64,000 bases of DNA from Podarcis tiliguerta (Eukaryota), in NCBI GenBank assembly GCA_965153285.1, contig OZ229111.1; one strand, given 5' to 3'. How positions within the stretch are numbered: the stretch's first letter is position 1; the number at the start of each line of letters is the position of its first letter. The position numbers and the translations under genes are program-made. This document shows positions 51,957 through 64,000 of the stretch, one piece after another. The notes below the pieces were generated by a model. The model was not told the DNA's origin. It made no database searches and worked only from the letters and a program-made list of their open reading frames with translations.

Positions 51957-52200
51957 TTAAATTATCATTTATTACTAAATGCAATTTACAAATTATTTAT
52001 TTAAGATTAGGATCTAATAGTAATATTAATAAGAATATAATGCATATTAGAGATTAAGTTGGAAAACCATTAGTCGAGGAGGAGGGAAGTTCTAGACTTA
52101 TATAGCCAAATGTTTTTATTTATTTATTTATAAGATTGATGTTATGATGGAAAATATTTGGAAAAACCAATAAAAATTATTATAAAAAAATAAAAATAAA
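51957..52200 (+). mobile_element. Probable L1-type 3'UTR and polyA remnant
   Basis: Very AT-rich block ending CCAATAAAAATTATTATAAAAAAATAAAAATAAA. Confidence 0.45.
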
Positions 52201-54129
52201 TGAACTGCTTAGGAGAACCCAGTAAGTTTATGGAAGAGACAATTTAAACCAAGAACTTCCTCGTTCATTGCTCAACCTTCAGGGCCACAAGACTAGATTT
52301 TATTTTATTTTATTATTTTTAAAGAACTAGAGAGTCCCAAGAATCCATGCCTAAAATTGCAGTGTTAGAATCGCTTGTTCAACAACTGCATTATGGTGGA
52401 GTGGAAAGAATACCCATCTGATTTTATTCTTACGAAAAGCAGACATGGTCTGCCTGATCTTTGAGGGTGCAGAGAGATTTGAATCAGAGCTGTGGCACTG
52501 GAAGACAGCCACCGTAGGGTCATTTTGGGGTGGGGCTTTAAGTGACCACTGTACCAGCAAAGGATGGAGAGCTGCACTGCAGCCCTGTCCCTCTTGGGAC
52601 TTATCTCCAAAAGCCCCCCAACATGTCAGGGCTGACGGAGAAAGAGCATGATGTGGACGACTGAGAGGGGAAGAGCCAAGCCTGTTTTCAAAGAGGGTCC
52701 ATCCATCTCAGTAAATGCTGGCTTGGGTTTCTTTGTGGGGAGAGGGGACTTTGGCCTTGTTAAATCTTGCACAGAGATTAAAAGGGAGAGGGGTTTCCAG
52801 GATGGGCTTTTCAAAAAATCTTGGCTGGTGCATTGTTCGCTCATCCCAAGCATTTCGCTTTTGAAAGCAGGAAGGTGTGAGTTATTGCTACACATAAGGC
52901 CAAACTATTCCATGTGTTCCAAGGCATGATTGATTTTCACTTCTCTACATTGTTTTCTTGTTTAACGGCATTCGCGGGAAGCGAGTGATCAGGCTCTTGG
53001 CAAATGGTGTGGGTGTGTAAACCCCCGGGCTACCACCCCAACAACCCCCTCCCTGAAGATTGGTATTTGCAGAAGGGCCGTTACTATTGAACATTTTTTT
53101 TAATTTTTCCCTCTGCCAATTCCTCCCCCCCCCCCCCCGGAAAAGCATTTCCCCCTGGATCCCCCCCCCCCCCCGGGCCTTAATGTTCCTCTTTCCAAGA
53201 ACTGCCCATCAAGGACAAAGGCTCTGTCCAGATTTTTCATCTCTGAGGTGGGCTGGTCCAGGGCACCAGCACTGCAGAGCTCCCAGGCCAAAAGGAAAAC
53301 CACAGCTTCTACCCCCCCCCCCCCCGAAATCTTCCACCCAACCTTTTGTGGCTCCCCCCCCAGCTTTGTTAACTGCAGCTCCTTTCCCTCACTCCATACA
53401 AGTTGAACAGAGCAAAAATGTATATTAAAAATCAATCAATATATCATTTGTAATGGAGGAGGATGGGGGGAAATGTGCCTCCCATTAAGAAAACTCTTAA
53501 CGGGTTTTATCCTCCACTCCAAAACAATGATTCAAAAGATCTGAGGGTGGTGGTGGGGAAACATGATTTTAATCCCCCCCCCCAATATTGCACTTTAACC
53601 TAAAGTGGCAAACAATCATAAAACACTAAAATATGAAATGCAAAAGATTTCAACAAAACAAGATAGTAAAAGTCCAAAAATAAAATAAAATTCATAGGAG
53701 CAGGATATAATAGCGGGATCTCACTAACTAAAACAACAGCAATCTGAAAAAAATTAAAACCCAGCAAAGTAGACAGGCAAACAGGTTCTGCCGACTCAGA
53801 ATCATCTTTAAAGAGCCGGCTGCTTACAGCCGTTTATTGAGCTTTTGGCTATTTAATGAGCATTCCTTTGAATTTCTTTTCAGGGTAGTTAGGTGGCGTT
53901 TATACCAAAGCAAGTGTGATCCTGTGCATTTCCTCACCAATTTCCCATCTTTGGGAAAATCGATTTGTTGTGCAACAGCTCCAATCAACTATAATTGTAC
54001 TTGAATTTGTATGTGATTTGATCCAGTGTTTTGGGGCTAGTGGCATTTTTTTAGGTGGAGTTTTTTTGTTTGTTTGTTTTTTGAAATTTTAACTGCACTG
54101 GACTCTTTTGGCTCTGTTTCCTTTCATTC

Positions 54130-54435
54130 TGAAACAAATGGCAAGTGCACTCACTGCCCCTTTACTATCAAGCCAGGTTCAAGCTACTTGTTTTAATTTA
54201 CAAAGCCCCCGAACGACTTAGGTCCAGTGTACCTTAGGGATCACCTGAACCCTGAAGCCCAGCTCGATTACTAAGATCATCTTGAGGAGGATCATTGGCC
54301 ATTCCCTGAGTTGGTGGCGCTCACTTGAGAGTGACAAGAAACTGAGCCTTTGGCATCATTGGCCCAGTGCTATGGAATCCCCTGCCAACTGAGATCCAGA
54401 AGGCACCTTCTGTGCCAACTTTTAAACACCTGCTA
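54130..54435 (+). mobile_element. Old L2 3' fragment (similar relics at about 3850-4090, 12330-12500, 47690-47940, 51760-51950, 63590-63745)
   Basis: CACTGCCCC..CAGGTTCAAG..TTTACAAAGCCC..TACCTTAGGGATCACCT..CTATGGAATCCCCTGCC is a degenerate L2 segment (HWLP..FK..YKAL..YLRD..LWNSLP). Confidence 0.6.
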
Positions 54436-57400
54436 GCACTACATAGTTAGCTGGGGAAACAACAAAAGACGGATTTCTGCCCAACTGCTTCCTAATTTCA
54501 ACAGCCTTAGATTCAGGGACAAGCAAGCGTCCCGTGACTAGAGGCCTCATATGGTGTGCACACTCATTTATTTCATCCCACGTCTCAGCTCAAAGAGGTT
54601 TGAGAAAACTCTGCAAAACATTTGAGCAGTGAATCCATCCCAATGATCTGCCCGCATCCTGCTTGCTCAAAAGCCCCTGCTGACATGAATGGATTACTTA
54701 CGCAAGCAGCTTAATGTCGGAGCAGCAACCTTGCGCAAGTTCACTGCTCTGATGGGACACCGCCCACCCACGGTGACCACTGATGCGATGAGCAGCAGGA
54801 TGGCCATTTCAGAAAGGTCACTGTAACTGTGTCTCTAAGAGACACTAGCAGAGACAAATGCTTATCTCACGGTGTGAAAAGCTTTACTCAACCGACTGCA
54901 TCTCAAGCTGCTGCAAGTACAACAAGAGCTTCTGACCACATCAGACAGACAGAAACTTAAATATTCCCTATGACTATGGAGAACCAAACTTCTCCTCAAC
55001 TTCCTTTCCCTTCTTAGTTAGTGATCTTGTTGCTTTCTTCTTTCTTACAACCTGTATTTTAAACTTTGTTTCTGAGTCAAAATGCTGAGTTGGTTTGAAA
55101 ATGCAAGAGAGAACAAACCCATGTGGATCTCCTCTGCCTGCAATTTTAGATCTTCTAAAGGCTAAAGGAGATGCGCTCCAAATATGATGCTGCCACTGGT
55201 GGCCTATTGGCACCACTTTTAAGTGTGCCTGAATTCAGCTGTCAGGGAGAAAAAAGCCACTGCTTTCTAGTTTTGGAAAAGCCCACAGAGGCAGCATCAG
55301 CCAAAAGCCACAAGTGCATTTAAAAGCATTTTGGAATACCCCCCCCCCCGCATCAGATAATGTGCATGGCCCCTTCCGGAAGATATGCTGTTCCCACCTT
55401 CAGGTGTCATCACATTCCCTTTCCCTGGGTGGGAACTTGGCTCACACTGTTCTGCACCCAGGAGTGCCAACTAGAATAAAATATTGTGGGGGCCCAGGTA
55501 AGCCCCACCTGCATAATCAATCACATGATGCAGTGCACACACATGATTTCAATGGGAATGCCCATAAACTTTGTGGGGGTCCAGCCCCCTCAAATATTTC
55601 ATTGTGAGGGCCAAAGCCCCACAGCCCCTAGAGCTGGCTCCTATGTCTGCATCTAAGTTTGGAAACAACCCCAAAAGGTATCCTTCTAGCCTGCTCCAAC
55701 ACTTTCATTCACACACACAGAGCTCTGCAGTGAAACTGACAAGACTGAGGAAAGCCTGATCAATTTCATGAGAAAACAGAGAGGAAGACTTCGAGAGAAA
55801 CTGGCATCAGGGAAATCCATATTGTTTCCCCTAAACTTGCCAGTTTCAGTAGAAAGCAGAAAAGGTGTAGGTGGAGAAACTGGTGAAAACTGACAAGGTT
55901 TTCCTACATTAGTTTGTTGGGGGAGGAAAAGATGAAAAAGAGAGAAAGATTGGGGTGGGGGGCACTGCCACTCTTTTCAGAAGGGATCCAATCACACACC
56001 AGCGAATACAGGTTGCACAATTATGGTTTATTGGGAGGTCTTGCTCAACAAACCCACTTCCATTAAAATGGGAGTTTTGTGGTAAGGAAATTGATGGACG
56101 GAAATGCACTGGCAAGTGTGAGGCAGCGCTTGCTTTGACGCAACTTCATCCAGCCTTCCCAAATAAGCAAACCAGAATGAATGTTCATGAAATAACTTCC
56201 CTTGTCTAACATCCCTGCAAACAAATCAGGACAAAGGCTCCACAAACAGTTCCTCTGGAAGTGTTCTATACGTATGGAGATAAATGAAAGAGAAAGGAGC
56301 AGGAAGTTGTTCTCATGCACATACACCCCTGCAAAAATGGCGGGAAGCGGAATTGTGCTTCAGTTACTTCCACTCACAAGATGCACAATAACAGTATAAG
56401 AACATTTTAAAATGCATTGTTGCCTTTCACACCAATGGCAGAAGAAACACTCAACTGTGCTTTTAGGGCGTCAGTTACAGATTGCAGACCCAGCCAAGGC
56501 TGTCATGTGTAGTTCAGCCCCAACTGGCATGCTTGAAACTTGACCGCCTTAGCAGCTCATCAGCTGCTCCATTTCTCCTCCTTCCTTGCATTCCAGGAGG
56601 GACACAAGAGGGGGAAATGGGGAGGAGCAGGCATTGAAAGTGTGAAAAGAAAATCCAAGTAATTTAATGTGATGTGGCTATGCTGATGATTTAGTCCAAG
56701 TAATTTAAGGTGCTGATGATTTATGGTGCCGGGGGCCTTCTCTGTGGCTACAATCCCAGGCTCCACAAGTCCGGGCCAAGAGAGATCTGGCTAGCCCCAC
56801 TTCTAGTTACCTTCAGCCAGCAAGATTTTACTTAATCAGATTTCCGGTGGAAACAGTTAACCAAGATTAAACTTGAAAATAAAAGAGGGTGGCATTTGGA
56901 TGAGGGTGCTGTGTAGATGCTGCACGAAACTTGTCCTGGCAGCCCCAAGTCCACAATGAAGTGCCCTGTGGAAGGACCCTCCGGCAGGCCTGGCAGGCAC
57001 AGCTGCTGAAATCCTTTCTCCATGCAGCTCCCAAAAGGTTCAGAATGTCTGATCCTCCCTTTTCTCTACTTTTGGCCCATTAGCCAACATGCAACAAACA
57101 AACAAACAAACAAACAAACAAACAAACAAACATTGCAACAGGATGCTTTTACTCTGATGTTTTACCTGTCTCTTATGGCTGTTTTCAACACACTTTGTTG
57201 TATTCCATTGCTGGACTCCAACCCTCAGCACCCTTAGCTAGCAGGACCAGCGGTCAGGGCTGATGGGAGCTGTAGTCCAGCAATAGCCAGGGACCCCGCT
57301 GTGTCCCTGCTCCCCACCTGCCTCCTCACTTTGCCTAATGGTATAGGTCTGGCCATGAGGATGGTGGTTCCTAAGAGGAGCTCAAGAGGAGGCAAGCAAG

Positions 57401-60400
57401 GACGACTTCTGAGCTTCGCCTCTTTCACTTAACATAAGTGGCAGCCCTGCCACCCCAGACCCGGCGGTGTGGGAGTGTGGTGGTGTGTAGGGACCTTTGA
57501 TGATAGCTTTACACAATGCATTAGTGCTACATGTAACTTGGAGAGTGGAGTATTCCTGTAACATAAAGAGCTGGACTGTAGGTACTTAGCACTCGTTAGG
57601 AGCAGATAAATCTTTAAAGCAAGATAGAGTTACAAAGACTTGCTGATCAATATATATATATATAATCCTCATCTGGTTTGTGATCCCTGGATGGTGGTTT
57701 TCAGCTGCTTTCATTTAAATAATAAGGAAATGCAGTTCAAAAGGATCAGCTCTCTCATCTCAAAGGGGTTTTATGCATTTAATTTCCTTTGGAGAACAGG
57801 CCCCGGAGAGGACTGGGGAAAAGAGAGGCACTAAATATGAGCTAGCCCAGCCAATCAGAAGGTGCAACTTTTAGACGTTAAAGGTTTCCAACAGAAGCAA
57901 AAAGGAGGAAGACTTTCAGGCCAGGCCAGTGCCTTCCATATGTCAACATCCTTGAAGGTTTGGGCTTAACCTCCTGAGACTACCCTGAACAAACAGCTGA
58001 TAGTTTAACCTGTTCAGTTGATTGTTATCACTTCAGACTGGAGACAGGGAATTTTATTATTATTGAAATTATTGCATTTCTTAATACAGCTCTGCCCAAA
58101 GGACTTTCAAAGCAATATATAGCATACCAACCAACAATAATGGCATTGGAAAAAATGAACCAGGGCACAAATGAATTTTTTAATGCCTCCGTGCACAGAG
58201 AAATCTAGCACATTGTGGTAAGAGTTGTAGCTTACCCTTCTTGACATACTGGTTTTCTATGTGCCGGGTTGAGTGCATTCAATCCTGCCATCTCCCATTG
58301 AAGTAGAGGTTAGAACTTGTATACCATGCAATGAGCTACTTGCTGAGAGACGAACGCCCAGGCACCCAGATGGCCTCATCCGTTCTGCTTAGCAGGGGGG
58401 AGCCATGGTGATAGTACTTGTTGCATCCAGTATAAATACAGACCTTCTGTAGGCCAGGCTGTTTGTTCCTCTCCCATACAAATACCCCCTGTAAGTTGTC
58501 AGTTTGAGTTTGCCACTGATTTCTTTTTGTGGGTTTTGTTTCTCCAGGTCCCTTCAGGAAGGTGGCCAGCAGGTAACACGCTTCTGCCTCACCCAAGAGC
58601 AGCAACAGAGGAACTCTTCTCCAGAGAAACTCAGGGCATATACTCTGTATGATTCTCCATCGCCAGCTCAAAAATGAGACCAAACGTGACCACCATCCTC
58701 TTGGGGAGAAGAGAGCCCAGCTGAGATCTAGGATGGAGAATCCAGACTTTCCACCATTACTCTGGGAAGAACTGCAGACATAAGCGAGGCAGTGACTCAA
58801 AGCAGGCCCAGACTGCTTTTGCTTGTAACAAGCTGATCTCAAAATGTATATCTAGAACTCTTTCGATGAGCTAATTTATTTTTGAATTTGCAGGTTTTAA
58901 GAATAATTGTTTTATTTTCAATAGCTTTCTGCTTCCCGGGAGGTTCTTTCCACCTGCTCCCCTCCAGCTATCCACTAGGACCCAAAACAACAGGAATGAC
59001 TTAAATCCTCTTGAGGTGATCTCCTGTCACCCTCCTTCAACAAGGACTTGAGCTCTAAAAGCCTCACTCCCTCCTCTCCCAATGGGGTTATGGTTATTCT
59101 GCTGCCAAAAAAAAAAAAAAAAAACCATATTCTGTACATGCTCAGGAGCATTACACTTTTGGTGGTGCTAGTTTATGATTCAAGGCTAAATCCTGCCCCT
59201 AAAAAGCAGGAAGCAGGTGAGACCCAGCTTCCTCCATTGAGGTCAGCTTGCCCCTTCTAGTGATCCCACAATGGCCCATTCTGGCCCAAGTCTCATTGGG
59301 ATAAGCACACCTTGCTATTGCCTAACACAGCTACTCACTGCTGCTAAATGGTCACCATATGGTGGTGGGAAATGAGAGAAACCAAATGCTTCTGGGGTGG
59401 ATGTGTATCTATCAGCAGCACAGGCTCAGTAAGTGGTGCAGTGGTCATTCTGTCTCCCCAGGGAACCCTGGGAACTGAGGGACTCATAGAATGTAGTTCT
59501 GTGAGAATTCTGAGAACCCGCACCAAACCACAATTCCCAGGAACTGTGGGACTGGGTGAGCCATTAATCTTAAAGTAGCCTATAAAACAAACCCAAATTT
59601 ATACTTCAGACATACTCATTTTTTTTCTGAACAAAGTGGATTGCAAAGGATGCAAGGCCTTCATTGAGAGACTGCAACTCAGTGGTGGAGCACATGATGT
59701 GAACTGCCCTGAGATCTTATGATAAAGGGTGGTATAGAAGTCCTGATGATGATGATGATGATGATACTTTGCAAACAATTTCCCAGACATCTGGCCTCCA
59801 AGGAATGCATTGCCTGCTGCCATGTGACAGCGACAGATGTGGCACACTCTTTCAAGGCCAGATCTGCTGCCTCCTTGACAGTCCTCCCCATGTTGCATCT
59901 ACAGTGGCCTCTGGGCAAAGAGGAGGTGCTGCTGGCCTCCTGACACCCTTGTTCCTGATGTAGATCTTCACTCACTACTGACAAGGAGGTGGGCGCCATT
60001 TTGTGGTATGCCTCAGGTGCCAAAACGTCTTGGGCCGGCTCTGGTCGCAGACTCAGTCTCTGGCATCTCCAGGTAGAAGGATCAGGAAACTGATGGTGGC
60101 AGAAGAAACCCCTCTCCACCAAGATCCTGAAGAGTTGATAGTCCTTGGAAAATGGCCTGACTAGTCCAAGGCAGCTTTCTTTGCCAGGGTTACTTGGCGA
60201 CTGTGCTGATATCCCATCATTCCCCTTGTTGGGTGGCTTAAGGCTGGAAAATGACACTTCCTCACTAAATGTAACTGACACGTTCTTTGAATTGCTTCAC
60301 GGGGCAGAATAACTGCCGAGCCCTTGCCTGTAAGCTACCTACTGAATTATGGTACATAAACTGGGGGCTTGCAAAAGGGATGAGGCCAGAGGTGACCACT

Positions 60401-61383
60401 GGAACATATACCATAGAGAGCAGTAGCCCTGGCTACTGACCATGCTTACTGGAGCTGGTGGGAGTTGCAGTTCAGCAGCCTCTGGAGGGCCAAAGGTTCT
60501 GATTTAGAGAGGTGTGGGAAGCAGGCAGACAGTTCCCATTCCCAGATAGGAGGAGGAGGAGGGAAGGGGGTCACCTGCTCTTGCCTTTAGAAGTAGCTTG
60601 ACTATCTGCAAAAACCAGAATGGGAAGCTTTTCACTGCCAGCTGGAACATTGCTGGCTCATGCCTGCAGATCCAACTGCTATACAGGCACAGCTGAGGAG
60701 GGTGTTAAAACAGCTGGCAACCCCAGCCTCCTGTTTCAAAGAACACAAAGCACCTGTATCTTTGAACAGTTCCCTGATTCTACAAGACAAATGACTATTG
60801 TTATGTATGGTTATATGGGTCCCTGGAAAGACATTCAAAGGGCATAAATCCCTTTGCAAATGGCAGGAAGGACGTACTTTGTAATTATTCTGATCTGATA
60901 ATGCTATAGATGTATAAACATACATATGGAGAAACAGAGGGAGACTTTTTTAAAAAAGTTGTTTTGCAATTGTTTAACCCCCCCCCCCCCCAATTCAGGG
61001 CTTTTGGATCTTGCTAAATCTCAAGCACTTCAAAACACAATAAAAGCTATGATGGTGCCCTTGTTTGCAGATAAGACTAATATATTTTCCAGGATTCAAA
61101 AACAAGCCAACATCCTCCACCCAATATAACATGTGATTTTGTAGTAAGAATGTTTTTTAGAGAGCCTTACCAACAAGGCTGTCAGCTTTCTGAACTGCTC
61201 CTGCGCATCTGCCTTTAACTGCTGAAGTTAAGCAAACATTTTAAAAAGTTCAGCAGAAGCCTGGAACTTAGAGGGAAAGCAAGGAGAGCTGTTCCTGCTG
61301 TGAAAACAAAGTGCTAAATATCTGCACGATGAGTTGCTACTTAAGGTACAGGAACTGCCAATAATAACGCTGGCAACCCTTTG

Positions 61384-61455
61384 GTCACAAATTTTACTAG
61401 ATTCCAGGCTTTAGATGTGTCACAAATTTTACTAGATTCCAGGCTTTAGATGTGT
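61384..61455. repeat. Perfect 35-bp tandem duplication
   Basis: GTCACAAATTTTACTAGATTCCAGGCTTTAGATGT occurs twice, followed by GT. Confidence 0.95.
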
Positions 61456-63815
61456 AGTGTGGATGTGAACCTAGCCTGGCATCACCTCTTCCCCACTGCA
61501 CACAACACAAACATTATTGTATTGTTTTGTATATTATTGTATTGTCTATCAGCAACCCGATTCACACAGAATCTAAAACACAGCTCCAATATTCCACAAA
61601 AGTCAGTCTTGACACTCACCTTCCTTGAGCAGCTTTTCATCATCCAGCAGGATGCTGCAAAACTGAGGGACGTGCTGCCTCCATTTCCCCAAGTTTGTTT
61701 TCCTAGAAGAGCTCTTAAGAGAAGCTTGCTTCCTACTGTCTCTTCCCATCTCCTCTACTAAGCCTAGGCAAGAGCACAGCATCCTTCCCCAGCAGTTCAC
61801 TTCATGGATTGAGGCCATTGTGACCTCAGAGTAGATTGCACCAATCAAACACATCTCACTTAACTTTTGAGCCCCATCCACCACTAAGTGGGCTGTAGCT
61901 ACATCTTGCTGCAAGGCTACCTTTTGAGATGGAAAGATGGGCTTGTGGCCTGAGATCAGGGCTTGCACAAATGTACCTAGAGAGAGTTGGGGTTGGAGTG
62001 GGGAGAGAGGGTGGTACATGTGAAAAGGAAAGAACGAATGGTAAATGCGATCAATTCCCAGAAGGGCTGCTGTGTTAGCCTCTTGCAGCAAAAAAAGCAG
62101 GCACAGGAGATGCTAAGCATCTGGGAGGGGGGCAGATTTAGGCATGTGGAACAGCCCCCAGGTGCTGCTGGACTCAGAGCAGCCCCTGCTGCCCACATGC
62201 AGCAGCACACACAAGCTGTAGGATGTCAATAGCTGCATAAACAGAAATCCATCAGATATTGTTTTCTCCTAGGAAGCTAGGATGAGGTTCCTGGAAAACT
62301 AAACAGCCCATTGCCGGGGGTGATTTTTATCAACAGAATGGGGTGGTATCTGGAAAGAAGGGATGTTGTGAAGCCTGGCGGGAAAGACAGGAGTTGAGGG
62401 AAAGAGGCCGAGTGTAGCTGCATTCAATGGGCGTGATTGAGAGCAGGTAGCTTGAAAATTGAGGTCCAACCTTGTCATACTGCACCTATAGAATGTCTTC
62501 TTATCATTCAGATCAGATCTGAGATACAAAGGTGGCAACCCTAGCTGGCATTTATCTTTCTCCCCAGAGAAGATGCTAACTGGAAAGAGTTATAAAGAAA
62601 CCTCCCTGGGGAAGTCCCCCTCCACAAATGGAGAACCCCTGATGACATGGAACAATCTCTCTGTTCTCCTAAAAGCATGACAAACATACACCCCTCAGTT
62701 GGGAGAAGCCATCATTCATTCAAGAGTCACAGAGCATATGCTTGGCACAAATATGGTCGCAGGTTAAATGCCCAGAATCTCCAGTTAAAGGATGCCTACT
62801 AAAATGGCTGGCAAAAACCTCTGGGCTGAGCAATTGTGGTTATGGAGAAATGGGTGGGATTACTAGACCATGAATAAACTATGGAGGTTATTTGTCCATT
62901 TGACTTCCCCGAAGAACCATGGGGACCATAGCTTGCCTCTCACGAAGCTACACTTCCCAGCACCCTGGAATCTCATAATGCTGCAATGAGGGGGAAAACC
63001 CCCACTTTCCAAGGCTGGCAGGAACGTGAAGTGTGTGAAAGGGGCCCTGGAACTCCCATAAACCAGCATTTCCTCCTGCAAGCGGCTTTGTGTTGGAGCG
63101 CCTTCTATGATGATGTAGAGAGTTTGACCTCTGGGTGTCAAAAATGCTCCATTTCTCAGACTTTCTTAGTAATCGGGGAATTTTAGTGCTTAACATTCTG
63201 GCTTTCTGGCTCATGTTGCAGCCAGCACCCTAACGATCCCGATACCCCTGCGAGTGTGACTCAGTCCTGCATCCTAATATGTGTAACAACATCACCGCCA
63301 CGTCTGGAAGTAATTAAATGTCTCCGCACTCTTGTCATCTGACTTCCTGTTGCAGCTCTCTCGTCCCTTCCTCCGAAGGCTGAAGCAGCCTCTCCTTTTC
63401 CCACTTAGCCAGCAGCAGGACTCCTTAATAAGGTCTGGCATACCTCAACCCACCCCAAACAAAACACACACCTAAACCTTGTGACCTCCCCCTGCTTAGA
63501 GTGTCTGATTCCAGACTGGTAATCAGTGAGTCAACGGTTTAGCACATTTGCACATGCATGCTCTGTCTGGCCCTAGAAAGTCCCAGGAGACCCAATCACC
63601 CTTGCCAATTCCACTAGCCCGGAAGCTCACTTTCCCAGTCTTGCTTCAATCAGGCAAGTTCAGTCCCTGGAAGGAAGAAACCATCTCATTGTGCCATGAA
63701 ACTAGGCAGTGCAACAAGGCTTTCTTTGTGGTGGCCCCTGCTATGACCGGAGGTGAGGTAGATCAGCACAAGACGACTTCATAATGGAGGACTCAGTACC
63801 TTGAGCATTGCCAGG

Positions 63816-63818
<3 letters not shown>

Positions 63819-63891
<73 letters not shown>
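63819..63891. repeat. Compound (GT)n(GA)n microsatellite; others are (AAC)n at about 36096, (CT)n at about 49843, (AAAC)n at about 57096 and (GAT)n at about 59745
   Basis: Read directly from the sequence. Confidence 0.95.
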
Positions 63892-63893
<2 letters not shown>

Positions 63894-64000
63894 GCCCCTC
63901 TAAATCAAGTAAATAAATAAAAATTACTTAACTAACCAACTGCATTGCAGATAACTTGGTTCTGCCCCACCCCAAAACTTGCTCCCCAACATAAATCCTG

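Noticed and set aside
59679-60281. 200-aa minus-strand ORF
   Set aside because: Crosses a SINE relic and a (CAT)n microsatellite, with no recognisable domain.
63301-63317. CGTCTGGAAGTAATTAA as a TWIST-homeodomain composite site
   Set aside because: The E-box is non-canonical and the spacer is not A-rich. A single match is too weak.
41300-64000. HDAC7 terminal exons expected by synteny
   Set aside because: No class IIa HDAC catalytic-domain or C-terminal peptide seen on the minus strand. The gene probably lies beyond the window.

Overview
Eukaryotic (vertebrate) genomic DNA, very probably from a squamate and most likely a lacertid lizard: it carries a full-length Sauria/POM-type SINE, Bov-B fragments, Squam3-like SINEs and many squamate-type hAT and mariner MITEs. 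Two protein-coding genes are supported, both on the + strand. (1) Coding exons 2 and 3 of the heme transporter SLC48A1/HRG1 (8377-8544, 9873-10009); exon 1 was not found and presumably lies upstream of the window. (2) An intact twist3 bHLH gene whose CDS lies in one exon (38959-39459), with a predicted intron in the 3'UTR. twist3 is the Twist paralogue absent from human and mouse, where SLC48A1 abuts HDAC7. The rest is decayed LINE (L2, L1, RTE, Bov-B, CR1), SINE and MITE sequence, plus several repeat-free, motif-dense stretches that may be twist3 enhancers, and two CTCF-like sites. The most striking structure is a 140-bp tract (139/140 identical) shared by two otherwise clearly diverged L2 copies 29.7 kb apart. 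It runs out of LINE sequence into non-LINE sequence, which looks like an ectopic gene-conversion or templated-repair scar. I found no convincing evidence of a wholly new biological system, and all regulatory calls are motif-level inferences.
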